Below, one piece after another: positions 37,909 to 46,763 of a stretch of 48,859 nt of DNA. The position numbers and the translations under genes are program-made. Within the stretch, counting starts at the first letter, position 1, and every line of letters begins with the position of its first letter. Origin of the DNA: Bacteriovoracaceae bacterium (GTDB lineage Bacteria; Bdellovibrionota; UBA1018); contig CANHSO010000002.1 in NCBI GenBank assembly GCA_947463705.1, positions 1-48,859 of the forward strand, given 5' to 3'. The notes under the pieces are model-generated. The model saw only the letters and a program-made list of their open reading frames with translations. It ran no database searches and was not told the origin of the DNA.

Positions 37909-38902
37909 AATAGAAGTCCACCCCAGCTTCAAAGTTTTTTTCAAGGGTCTTTTTGTTGTCCTTTTACTTTATTTCCTTTTTAAACAGGGGTTCTTGTCAG
38001 TTGAAGTGACCGCTCAAGCGCTCAGGAAATGGGATCGGGTCCTCCCTGCAGTGTTGGCTAGTGCAGTGGCAATGGGCCTGGGGATCATCCGTTGGCAGTA
38101 TCTTCTTCGAGCTCAGTCGATTCGTTTGAGTTGGGGTCGTGTCGCGGAGCTGACCTTAGTGGGTAATTTTTTTAATATTGCCCTCCCTGGGGCAGTCAGT
38201 GGGGATCTAGTTAAGGCCGTTTACGTCGGTAAAGATGCCCATACCAATAAAGCAAAGGCGTTCGGGAGTATTCTCTTTGATCGTGTTGCTGGGTTATCTG
38301 CACTTGTTATGGTTTCAGCCGGTGCGCTGCTCTTGGGGATTGAAAATTTCCTGCATGCGCCTGTCCTCGCTGGGATCGGTTTGCTTTTGGGTGTGTCTGC
38401 CGGAGCGGTAGTTTTATTTTATGCTTATTTATTCATGGTAAGAGAGCGTCATGATCCGATGTTGAAGCTATTTCGGTGGATGGAGAATAAGTTTTCGAAA
38501 CTGAGTGCTCTCACAAAAATCTACGAAAGTCTTCGACACTATCATGGTCATCGTTGGACTGTGATTCAAGTTCTAGGGATTTCGGTTCTGATTCATTTGC
38601 TGGTAGGATTTAGTTGCTTTCAATTGGTTCAGGCTGTCGATGATTCAGCTTTTTCGCTAATGTCAATTTATCTTGTTGTGCCGCTTGGTCTTTTAGTGAC
38701 GGCAGTTCCAGTTGCCCCGGCGGGTGTGGGAACAGGAAATTTGGCTTTCTTGTATTTGTTTCACTTGATTGGATCCGAGAGGGGTGGAGATACTTATAGT
38801 CTCATGGCCCTCATGAATATCGCATTTGGAACCATTGGAGGCGTTGTCTATTTCAGACTAAAAAAACTTTCGAATGAGGCGGTAGCTCCGATACTCAAAT
38901 AA
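37886..38902 (+). CDS. UPF0104 / lysyl-PG-synthase-TM-like flippase-like membrane protein.
   Basis: It has about 8 TM segments. RWQYLLRAQSIRLSWGRVAELTLVGNFFNIALPGAVSGDLVKAVYV is the family hallmark. GGAGA lies 6 nt upstream of ATG 37886. Confidence 0.75.
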   Translation: MARQPKFKIEVHPSFKVFFKGLFVVLLLYFLFKQGFLSVEVTAQALRKWDRVLPAVLASAVAMGLGIIRWQYLLRAQSIRLSWGRVAELTLVGNFFNIALPGAVSGDLVKAVYVGKDAHTNKAKAFGSILFDRVAGLSALVMVSAGALLLGIENFLHAPVLAGIGLLLGVSAGAVVLFYAYLFMVRERHDPMLKLFRWMENKFSKLSALTKIYESLRHYHGHRWTVIQVLGISVLIHLLVGFSCFQLVQAVDDSAFSLMSIYLVVPLGLLVTAVPVAPAGVGTGNLAFLYLFHLIGSERGGDTYSLMALMNIAFGTIGGVVYFRLKKLSNEAVAPILK

Positions 38903-39778
38903 TCTGATTCCGGTGATTCGCTCGAAGGAATCGAGAATAATTTTTTTTGAATCAATAATGCTCATTTGAAAAGGAGAGTTTTTTAAGTCCCAATGCCAAC
39001 CTTTTTGGGTGATTCGTTCTCGCATGACGCTGGGATGTGAATTTAAAAAAGGCTTTAGTCCCCAAAATCGCTTATAGCGATAGTTGTCACCTGTGTGAGG
39101 TGTACGGCTTGCCTCATTCTTTGAAGACGGTTTTCCGTGGTAAAGCTGATCCATGAAAAATGTCTTCTCTTTCATTGCATCCGGTTTTCTTACCCATCCA
39201 TAATGAAAAATCTGTGCTCCACTCAAGACTACCGCAAGCTTGCTACCGTTTTGCTTCCTAAAGCTTTGTGCGTCACCAACACTTTTTGGCTGGGCGCTAC
39301 GGCGCACTGCTCGAACTTCACGGCGATAGGTACTTCGAGATTCTTGAACGACATCAAAAGAACCATAAAAGTGATGGTAATCAAAAAGGAGCCCTTCCAC
39401 TTGAGGATCAAAGTGGACCTGGTCGAGAGCCTTTCGGATGATGGGGATGTCTGCTTCATGCAAAACCTCGTCGGCTTGGAGATAGATGCACCAGTCGCCT
39501 GTGCACCGGGCAAGCGCAGCATTGGTCTGTTCAGATAAAATCAAACCCCCTCGTTTTTTCTCAGGCTGATCGAGTTGCCAGTCGTTTTCGAAAATAACAA
39601 CCTTATTTTGCCCCTCTTGTTCCGCAAGCTTTTGGATTTGCTCAAGGGTATTGTCATCACCCTTGCCTACGTTGATGATGAGTTCATCGACGAGGGGTAG
39701 GAGAGAGCGCAAGGACTCTAGATAGGGGTAGTCAAATGCAGTTCCGTTTCTAACTAAAGTGAAGCCTGAGATTTTCAT
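38858..39778 (-). CDS. Glycosyltransferase family 2-like protein.
   Basis: MKISGFTLVRNG..DYPYLESLRSLLPLVDELIINVG.GDD.T...CTGDWCIYLQADEVLHE. The start is taken at Met 39778. Its 3' end overlaps the convergent UPF0104 gene by 45 nt. Confidence 0.7.
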   Translation of the reverse strand: MKISGFTLVRNGTAFDYPYLESLRSLLPLVDELIINVGKGDDNTLEQIQKLAEQEGQNKVVIFENDWQLDQPEKKRGGLILSEQTNAALARCTGDWCIYLQADEVLHEADIPIIRKALDQVHFDPQVEGLLFDYHHFYGSFDVVQESRSTYRREVRAVRRSAQPKSVGDAQSFRKQNGSKLAVVLSGAQIFHYGWVRKPDAMKEKTFFMDQLYHGKPSSKNEASRTPHTGDNYRYKRFWGLKPFLNSHPSVMRERITQKGWHWDLKNSPFQMSIIDSKKIILDSFERITGIRLFEYRSYRLIRKFF

Positions 39779-39824
39779 TCTTGATCCTAAATTGACCGTA
39801 GAGCAAGTGCTGGCCAAGAGCGCT

Positions 39825-40943
39825 CTAATTGGAGAGTTTAACTCGAGCTACTTTTTTACACTCTGCTAAAACCGAGTCAACTCCGATCAGGCGCATGCAC
39901 CGGTTTTCCTCTGTTTTACATTCTGCGAGGGCGCACCAGGGAGGCATTCCTGGGTCTGCATCTCTCCGGCAGCTGAGTTCTTCGCGAAAAAAGTAGGGAT
40001 GGCGATCTACCGGATAGGGATGCCACTCGTATGGGTCTTCGGGTCCAAAGAGTGTGACGGTGGGTGTACCTACTGCTACCGCTAAGTGCTTAGGCCCGGA
40101 GTCTGCTCCAGCCCAAACGGCCGCGCGACTGAGCAGGCCTGCCAGGGTTCGTAGGGTGGTGTTGTGAATAACGCAGATTCGGCTTCTGGCCCTTGAGCGT
40201 GCGGATACCTCAGAAAAAAGTGAGGTGAGCTGTTCATCCAGTCGAGTTAGAAATCCCTTTTGCAGCGTCTCCTCATTCGGTCCTGTTAAGACGATGACTC
40301 CTCCCTGGTCTTCTTGGGTCCACCCTACGGCAAGATCAACAAAACGATCTAAGGACCATCTTTTAGTCTCTCGACTTGCGCCTAGACTGAGAGCGAGCAA
40401 GGGATGCTCTAATCCGAGGCGTTGGAGTGATTCTGCAGCTCCTCGGACCTCGAGATCCTGCAGTGGAATACTGGGAAGTCGTCCTGCGGGAATATGGATT
40501 CCTAACGCTCTGAGCGTATCCATATCGCGTTCCAGGATCGGCTTCAGGGTTCCTTTGCCGGGTATAGTTAAAGTTGAGAAGCGGTCTCGATGGTGGTGTC
40601 CGTGAAAATGAATGGAGCGACAAGGGGCCCCAGTTGAATAGGCGAGAAGAGAGCTTGAGGGGCTTGCGTGAAAATTAATGACGCAATCAAATCGTTCCTT
40701 TCGAAGCGCATGAGCCAGGGTTGCGAGAGCCCTGGGGCGAGCTAGCTTGCTAGACCTACGCTCATAGTGCCAAATCTTTTTAATCCCGGGGAAACCGTCT
40801 AACAGAGATGCCCACTCTCGGCTGACTAAAAAATGAATCTCAGATTGGGGGAACGCCTTGCGGAGCTCAATTAAAGGTGCAGTGGTGAGCACGGTGTCAC
40901 CCAACGCCCTCAGCTTGATTGCTAAAATTTTTTGGGGATTCAT
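39825..40943 (-). CDS. Family 9 glycosyltransferase (ADP-heptose:LPS heptosyltransferase-like).
   Basis: KILAIKLRALGDTVLTTAPLIELRKAFPQSEIHFLV... and the C-terminal GADSGPKHLAVAVGTPTVTLFGP. Confidence 0.85.
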   Translation of the reverse strand: MNPQKILAIKLRALGDTVLTTAPLIELRKAFPQSEIHFLVSREWASLLDGFPGIKKIWHYERRSSKLARPRALATLAHALRKERFDCVINFHASPSSSLLAYSTGAPCRSIHFHGHHHRDRFSTLTIPGKGTLKPILERDMDTLRALGIHIPAGRLPSIPLQDLEVRGAAESLQRLGLEHPLLALSLGASRETKRWSLDRFVDLAVGWTQEDQGGVIVLTGPNEETLQKGFLTRLDEQLTSLFSEVSARSRARSRICVIHNTTLRTLAGLLSRAAVWAGADSGPKHLAVAVGTPTVTLFGPEDPYEWHPYPVDRHPYFFREELSCRRDADPGMPPWCALAECKTEENRCMRLIGVDSVLAECKKVARVKLSN

Positions 40944-40973
40944 CGAAAAAAAAGCCTAGCCTAAAACGAGGAT

Positions 40974-41011
40974 AAAAAAAACCCCCAGGCTCAAATTAAT
41001 GAGCTGGGGGG
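40974..41011 (-). terminator. Intrinsic terminator of the His-rich protein gene.
   Basis: The minus strand reads CCCCCCAGCTC-loop-GAGCCTGGGGG (10 bp with one bulge) followed by T8. Confidence 0.7.
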
Positions 41012-41060
41012 TGATGTCTTTTCGCTTAAACACGAATCGACGTAAGCCAAATCAATGGGC

Positions 41061-41333
41061 TTACTTAGCTTCGTGACCTTCGTGAGCTTCGTGAGCTGCG
41101 CCTTCATGGGCTTCGCCTTCAGCAGCTTTGTGATTTGCGTGACCTTTTTTTGCTTTAGCAGCTTTCTTTTCATGCTTCTTAGCATGATGGCCGTGTTCTG
41201 CGCCTTCAGCAGCAGCAGGTGCAGCAGCTTCAGCAGCAGCAGGTGCAGCAGCAGCAGGTGCTGCTCCTTCGTTAGCGAAAGCAACAGAGGACAATGCGAT
41301 CAATGCAACAAGGGTCATAGCAAGCTTTTTCAT
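41061..41333 (-). CDS. Small secreted Ala/His/Lys-rich protein (possible periplasmic metal-binding protein).
   Basis: 90 aa with AGGAG upstream, the signal peptide MKKLAMTLVALIALSSVAFA and its own terminator. The mature 70 aa contain 10 His arranged as EHGHH, KKHEKK and HEGAAHEAHEGHE. Confidence 0.7.
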   Translation of the reverse strand: MKKLAMTLVALIALSSVAFANEGAAPAAAAPAAAEAAAPAAAEGAEHGHHAKKHEKKAAKAKKGHANHKAAEGEAHEGAAHEAHEGHEAK

Positions 41334-41540
41334 AAGTGCTCCTAGCAGTTAGTTTTAATTCATTCCTAGATTCAATATAAGATCTAGTCCTATTCTATTT
41401 AGAAGAGTTATTTCAATTCGCGCAAGATTTTTTTAATCCCAAATTCACAATTCCTTAATCTTTCATCACTAACTGAATCGCTGACCGGTAAAATCTGCCC
41501 AAATTTGAATCAATGTAGCGATTTGCATCAATTAGAAATC

Positions 41541-42182
41541 TCAGAGGCGTGATTCAAATCGATAAATATGCCGAATATCAATATGAGGAAATCTCAGGTG
41601 TTTGAGTTTCATTGCGGAGAGTTGGAGAATGAGCTTAGTTTGTCGGCTCTTGTCTTGAAAACGGACTTTTTTTACTTCTCCTGAAATAAAAGACTCGACC
41701 TCAGCTGGGTGAAAGCAAAAGCCTCGAGAAAATTCATACCCACCCTTGAATGGGATAATTCTGGCCTCAAAAATGTCTCCGCGCGCAAAACCTCGATTGA
41801 TCTCGGCGTCCGTGACCGTGTGGGCTTTGTTTGAGAAAAGATCGACTACGACGAGTCCATGTCCGGTGAGTGTGAATCGTTTGAGTCGAAAAACCGAGTG
41901 AACAGTTGAGCAAAAGTCACGATAAATATTGAGCTCTTCGCTCGTAAATCGGTCCTTATTTTTTCTAAAATAATATTTTATAGGTGGGAGATCTACGCCG
42001 GGCAGGTCTCGGTCAAAGATGTACCAGTCCATGAAAATGCACATCCGTTGCTCAAACTCTGCGTCATCTTCATAGACGATGCCAGCTTTATCAAAGTATT
42101 CAAGCTTAGCGTTATAAACCTCACGATAATATTCGCCGGTGGTGAAGTCTTCAATAATCGGTTCGAGATATTTTTGATACAC
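41541..42182 (-). CDS. Hypothetical cytoplasmic protein (213 aa), no recognisable motif.
   Basis: A long ORF with normal composition, 30 nt downstream of the lepB-like gene on the same strand. Confidence 0.55.
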   Translation of the reverse strand: MYQKYLEPIIEDFTTGEYYREVYNAKLEYFDKAGIVYEDDAEFEQRMCIFMDWYIFDRDLPGVDLPPIKYYFRKNKDRFTSEELNIYRDFCSTVHSVFRLKRFTLTGHGLVVVDLFSNKAHTVTDAEINRGFARGDIFEARIIPFKGGYEFSRGFCFHPAEVESFISGEVKKVRFQDKSRQTKLILQLSAMKLKHLRFPHIDIRHIYRFESRL

Positions 42183-42212
42183 AGTACCCTCACAGTACCA
42201 ATTTTAAAAAAC

Positions 42213-42908
42213 TTATTCAATTTTTTGGAAAAGTCGTTGCCATCGAATTGATGGAATTAGAGCGGTGCGTTGCGAGTAGTCAATGGAGAGCCAAACAGTC
42301 CAGGGCTTTCCTTCAATCGCAGTCTGTGGGACCAAACTCCAGAGCAGAGGATGATCTAAGTCGGTTTTGGATCGCCAGTCGCTCACTACAAGGTAAGTTC
42401 CTTCAGGCACTTTTTGTTCTGAAAACTCACCAGGAGAAGACGGTCTTAAGCAGGTGCCAAAGTCTTTAGTGCTCCCAGGAAAGCTCTCTGAGGTGCAGAC
42501 TTCTCGGGTTTTTGAGCTTCGAGATGGGTCTAGACTTTTGACTTCGTGGGAGTCCTTCGAGGCTAAAAGAGTCTGATTCAGAATGATTTGCCCATTTCTC
42601 ATGACTACATGATCTCCGGGTAAACCTACAATTCTTCGAATCCAGTAGGTTTTTTTGACCTCTTCTAGTTTCGGTTCAGTTGAAAAAACGATGACGTCGC
42701 CACGGTGCAACAGAGCTTGAGGCTGTTGAGTACGAAAAGGCCATTTCCAAACAAAGATGGTGTCGCCTGGTAGGAGGGTAGGCTTCATTGCTGAATTGGG
42801 GATCTGATAGGGTTCGATCACCCAGCGTCGAATGGAGACTGAGATCCCTGCAGCTAAGCCAAGGATGACAATAAAGCCCCAAATCGATTGAGATTGCTTT
42901 TTTCTCAA
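42213..42908 (-). CDS. lepB: Signal peptidase I (S26) homologue with non-canonical catalytic residues.
   Basis: It has an N-terminal TM, box B IPNSAMKPTLLPGD, box C RGDVIVF, box D YWIRRIVGLPGD and a degenerate box E VSDWRSKTDLDH. It lies directly downstream of lepA. Confidence 0.8.
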   Translation of the reverse strand: MRKKQSQSIWGFIVILGLAAGISVSIRRWVIEPYQIPNSAMKPTLLPGDTIFVWKWPFRTQQPQALLHRGDVIVFSTEPKLEEVKKTYWIRRIVGLPGDHVVMRNGQIILNQTLLASKDSHEVKSLDPSRSSKTREVCTSESFPGSTKDFGTCLRPSSPGEFSEQKVPEGTYLVVSDWRSKTDLDHPLLWSLVPQTAIEGKPWTVWLSIDYSQRTALIPSIRWQRLFQKIE

Positions 42909-42923
42909 CTCGGTTCTCCTCTG

Positions 42924-44720
42924 CTAGTCTACCTTGAGCACCGCCAAGAAGGCTTCTTGAGGGATTTCGACACTTCCAATTTGTTTCATTCGCTTTTTCC
43001 CCTCTTTTTGCTTCTCCAGGAGTTTTCTCTTTCTAGAGATGTCGCCACCGTAGCACTTGGCGGTTACATTTTTGCGCAGAGCGGAAATGCTTTCACGAGC
43101 TACTATTTTAGAGCCGATAGCTGCTTGAATGGCAACCTCAAACATCTGGCGATCGATGAGTTCCTTCATCTTTTTGGCAAGTTCACGCCCACGAAAGGCA
43201 GCTTTGTCACGGTGAATAATTAATGACAGCGCATCGACTGCATCACCATTGATGAGAATATCGAGTTTAACGAGATCAGCGGGTCTATACTCGGTGAGTT
43301 CATAGTCCATCGAGGCGTAACCTTTAGTTGCACTCTTGAGGCGATCATAAAAGTCGAAAACCATTTCATTCAACGGCATTTGGTAGACGAGTGCAACCCG
43401 ATCCTTGGTGGCATAGTCCAGCTTTTCCTGCATACCTCGTCGTTCATTGCAGAGAGCCATGACCGCTCCTACATATTCAGCCGGCATATGGATGGTCAGT
43501 CGAATGTAGGGCTCTTCGATGGTTTGAATCCGAGTTTGATCCGGAAGTTTCGACGGGTTGTCGATCATTTCGATCTGTCCGTTGGTTTGAGTCACACGGT
43601 AAATGACCGAAGGCGCAGTCGTGATGAGATTTAGGTTGTATTCTCGCTCAAGTCGCTCTTGGACGACGTCCATATGGAGTAAACCAAGAAAACCGCATCG
43701 GAAACCAAAACCGAGTGCACTCGAGGTCTCAGGCTCCCAGGAGATGGCGGAGTCATTGAGCTTTAGTTTTTCGAGTGCTTCTTTCAGGTCATTGTAATCG
43801 TCGGCATCAATCGGGTAAACGCCGCAGAAAACCATAGGTTTTACCTCTTTAAATCCGCCTAGGGCTTCGCTTGCGAGGTTGCCGGCATCCATGATGGTGT
43901 CTCCGACTCGCATATCGCGAACGTCGCGGATTCCGCACACAATGGCTCCTACTTCGCCGCTGCTGATCGAATTGACGTCTGTAAATTTTGGAGTGAAGGT
44001 TCCTACACGCTGAACCTCGTACTCTTTTCCAACGTGATGGAGTCGAATTTTGGTTCCTTTTGTAATTTTACCCTCAAAGACGCGACAGAGCGCGATCACC
44101 CCTTGGTAGGAGTCGTACCAACTGTCGAAAATTAAGGCCCGCAGTGGTTCATCGTCCGCGTCTTTGGGGGAGGGGAAGTACTTAACCACCGCTTCTAAAA
44201 TATCTTCAATCCCAATGCCTGACTTTGCGCTACACAGCACTGCTCGGCTGGTGTCTACAAGGCCGATCATTTCATCGACCTCACCTAGGACACGTTCAGG
44301 ATCTGCTGAGGGGAGGTCAATCTTGTTGACGGCTGGGAAAACTTCAAGATTGTTTTCTAGCGCCATGAAAACATTGGCTAAGGTCTGAGCTTCGACCCCT
44401 TGTGAGGCGTCAACGACCAAAATAGCTCCTTCGCAAGCAGCCAAAGATCGCGAGACTTCGTAGGTAAAATCGACGTGACCGGGAGTATCGATTAGGTTAA
44501 GAACGTAGCGTTCGCCATTTTTTGCTAGGTAGTTCAGTCGCGCACTTTGCGCTTTAATGGTAATTCCCCGTTCTCTTTCGATGTCGAGGTTGTCCAGGTA
44601 CTGAGCTTCCATTTCTCGACTGGTCACGGTTCCAGTTTTTTCCAGAAGACGGTCGGCTAGGGTTGATTTTCCGTGGTCGATGTGTGCGATAATGCAAAAA
44701 TTGCGAATATTTTTAGACAT
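42924..44720 (-). CDS. lepA: Translation elongation factor 4 (LepA).
   Basis: [30 protein letters not shown] and NKIDL, with the LepA-specific C-terminal domain ending ...[11 protein letters not shown]. Confidence 0.97.
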   Translation of the reverse strand: MSKNIRNFCIIAHIDHGKSTLADRLLEKTGTVTSREMEAQYLDNLDIERERGITIKAQSARLNYLAKNGERYVLNLIDTPGHVDFTYEVSRSLAACEGAILVVDASQGVEAQTLANVFMALENNLEVFPAVNKIDLPSADPERVLGEVDEMIGLVDTSRAVLCSAKSGIGIEDILEAVVKYFPSPKDADDEPLRALIFDSWYDSYQGVIALCRVFEGKITKGTKIRLHHVGKEYEVQRVGTFTPKFTDVNSISSGEVGAIVCGIRDVRDMRVGDTIMDAGNLASEALGGFKEVKPMVFCGVYPIDADDYNDLKEALEKLKLNDSAISWEPETSSALGFGFRCGFLGLLHMDVVQERLEREYNLNLITTAPSVIYRVTQTNGQIEMIDNPSKLPDQTRIQTIEEPYIRLTIHMPAEYVGAVMALCNERRGMQEKLDYATKDRVALVYQMPLNEMVFDFYDRLKSATKGYASMDYELTEYRPADLVKLDILINGDAVDALSLIIHRDKAAFRGRELAKKMKELIDRQMFEVAIQAAIGSKIVARESISALRKNVTAKCYGGDISRKRKLLEKQKEGKKRMKQIGSVEIPQEAFLAVLKVD

Positions 44721-44782
44721 AGTTTGCGTCGGAAACTAACAGATACTCGACGCCCAGGGCAACCGGTATTAAGGACTTTGAA

Positions 44783-45895
44783 ATGGAAACCACGACGATT
44801 GTAAAAATTCACGACCTCGCTCGGGCCGGCACTGGCGTTTCACGGGATACTACCCCAGGCTTTGAGGGCCGCGTGCTCTTTGTGCCTTATACTGCTCCGG
44901 GGGATTTAGTCCGAGTTCAGATTGTTAAGGAGAGCAAGCGGTACGCTGAGGCCATTTTAGTGGAAGTTTTGGAGCCTTCGCCACTGAGGCAAACTCCACG
45001 TTGCCCTGCATTCGGTCGGTGCGGAGGGTGCCAGTGGCAACACCTCCCTTATGATTATCAATGGCAAACCAAGTCTCAAGGAGTGTTGCAGGCGTTGAAA
45101 AGGGTGGGCGTTAAGGCTCCTGATCAGATCGATCTCATTCCTGCCGTCCGGATTTGGGAATACAGGAATCGGGTTCAAGCCCGCGGACTTCAAAATGAAA
45201 TGGGTTTTTATCAGGCCGGCTCCAATCAGCTTGTGCCGGTGAGTCGCTGTGATCTGGCAAGGCCCGAAATCAATCGAGTGTGGGACGATGTCCGCACTGA
45301 AGGGCAAAAATTTTCAGAACCTTATAAAGTCGAGCTCGAACTCTCTCCTGAGGGGAAAGTGAGCCGAGCATGGAACTCAGGGCATTCTGCCCACGGTTTT
45401 CGGCAGGTGCACGACGAGCAGAATGATCAACTGAGGACTTGGGTCGCATCGCAAGTCCCAGCCTCTTCAGTCCTTTATGACCTCTTTGGGGGTGGCGGCA
45501 ATTTGAGTCTCCCATTGACTGGGAAAATGGGAGAAATTCATTGTGTTGATTTGAGTGTACCCCTTCAAAAATCGCCAGAAATTCCAGAACACTTTCACTT
45601 TCATCGTTCCTCAGTTGTAGCTTGGCTTTTGAAGGGTGCTGGAAAAAGAAGTGGCGTAGCTGCAGCAATTCTGGATCCTCCCAGGGTCGGCTTAGGTACT
45701 GACTTTCCTGTAATCGCCAAGGCTATGGAGGGCTTGAATGTTCGGAGTTTGGTCTGTGTAGGGTGTGATGCCGATGCTTGGTGTCGAGATGTTTCTCGTT
45801 GGGTCAAAAGAGGGTGGAAGTTTGAAAAAATGATGTTGATTGATCTGTTTCCTCAAACAGCTCATGTTGAAAGTGTCGGTTTATTGACGCGTTAA
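44783..45895 (+). CDS. RumA/RlmD-type 23S rRNA (uracil-C5)-methyltransferase family protein (TRAM domain plus Fe-S cluster).
   Basis: The TRAM-like N-terminus precedes the Cys cluster CPAFGRCGGCQWQHL plus a downstream Cys (VSRCDL). The C-terminal SAM-MTase region contains DLFGGGGN and DPPRVG. Confidence 0.75.
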   Translation: METTTIVKIHDLARAGTGVSRDTTPGFEGRVLFVPYTAPGDLVRVQIVKESKRYAEAILVEVLEPSPLRQTPRCPAFGRCGGCQWQHLPYDYQWQTKSQGVLQALKRVGVKAPDQIDLIPAVRIWEYRNRVQARGLQNEMGFYQAGSNQLVPVSRCDLARPEINRVWDDVRTEGQKFSEPYKVELELSPEGKVSRAWNSGHSAHGFRQVHDEQNDQLRTWVASQVPASSVLYDLFGGGGNLSLPLTGKMGEIHCVDLSVPLQKSPEIPEHFHFHRSSVVAWLLKGAGKRSGVAAAILDPPRVGLGTDFPVIAKAMEGLNVRSLVCVGCDADAWCRDVSRWVKRGWKFEKMMLIDLFPQTAHVESVGLLTR

Positions 45896-45952
45896 GGCAA
45901 AGTTTATTTTCCAAAGTTTGACACGGGCGCAATTGCCTTTTATTTTAGTAAT

Positions 45953-46735
45953 ATGGGTGATCGTTTGGGTGGGATTTATTTGGCTTGCTTGATTTTTGGG
46001 CTAGGTCTTATTTCGGGATGTGCCAGTGAAAAGAGAAAAGCAAATGAGCTCAGTCGTGCCGATCGAGCAAGAATGTTGATTGAAGTAGGTAATGGAGCAC
46101 TTTTAGAAGGTGATCCGACAGGAGCGCTTCAAGCTCTCACTGAGGCTGAGTCCGTAGAACCCGCTTTGCCCGAGCTGCACCATTCTTTTGCATTGGCTTA
46201 CTTCAGAAAACATGATCTCAAGCGAGCAATTGTATCGGCGAAAAAAGCGGTAGAGATTAAGCCCGACTACTCCGAAGCAAATAACACTCTAGGGAAGCTT
46301 CTGATTGAAGCGGGCAAGTACTCTGAAGCGATCCCGCCTCTGGAGCGGGCTGCTCAGAACTCCTTGAGTCGAGAGTCCTATAAGGCCTGGACCAATTTAG
46401 GAATCGTTCAATATCGTTTAGGTGATCTAAAACAGGCTGAAAAAATGATGGATCGAGCGGTTGAAGAATCGGCGTCGAGTGCTTGTGTCGCCTACTACTA
46501 TCGAGGACAGATTAAATCTAGAAATCATGATTTAACCTCAGCCATTAGCGACTACGAGCGTGCGACTCAAAAAGTATGCGCTTCCTACGGAGACGCCTAT
46601 TTGGCATTAGGAGTGGCTTACGAACAAAAGAAGCAATACAATTTGGCACGGAAGTCATTTTTGGAGGTTGAAAAACGGTTTCCAAACACTAAGATTGCCG
46701 AGCAGGCGATGGATCGAATTCGGTTTCTTCCTTGA
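45953..46735 (+). CDS. TPR-repeat lipoprotein, PilF/PilW-like.
   Basis: It has the lipobox LISGC, then about 5-6 TPR units (ALAYFRKHDLKRAIVSAKKAVEIKPDYSEA...). Its position just upstream of a rodZ-like gene matches the Pseudomonas pilF-rodZ arrangement. Confidence 0.65.
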   Translation: MGDRLGGIYLACLIFGLGLISGCASEKRKANELSRADRARMLIEVGNGALLEGDPTGALQALTEAESVEPALPELHHSFALAYFRKHDLKRAIVSAKKAVEIKPDYSEANNTLGKLLIEAGKYSEAIPPLERAAQNSLSRESYKAWTNLGIVQYRLGDLKQAEKMMDRAVEESASSACVAYYYRGQIKSRNHDLTSAISDYERATQKVCASYGDAYLALGVAYEQKKQYNLARKSFLEVEKRFPNTKIAEQAMDRIRFLP

Positions 46736-46763
46736 GACTTAATTTGGAGGTAAGGATTTTAAA

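Noticed and set aside
40991-41345. Track ORFs 40991..41284 (-) and 41055..41345 (+), and GCAGCAGCAGGTGCAGCAGC-type short tandem repeats.
   Set aside because: These are alternative-frame or antisense readings of the low-complexity Ala/His-rich gene 41061..41333, which alone has an SD, a signal peptide and a terminator. The DNA repeats simply encode the AAAPAAAE and HEGxxHE peptide repeats.
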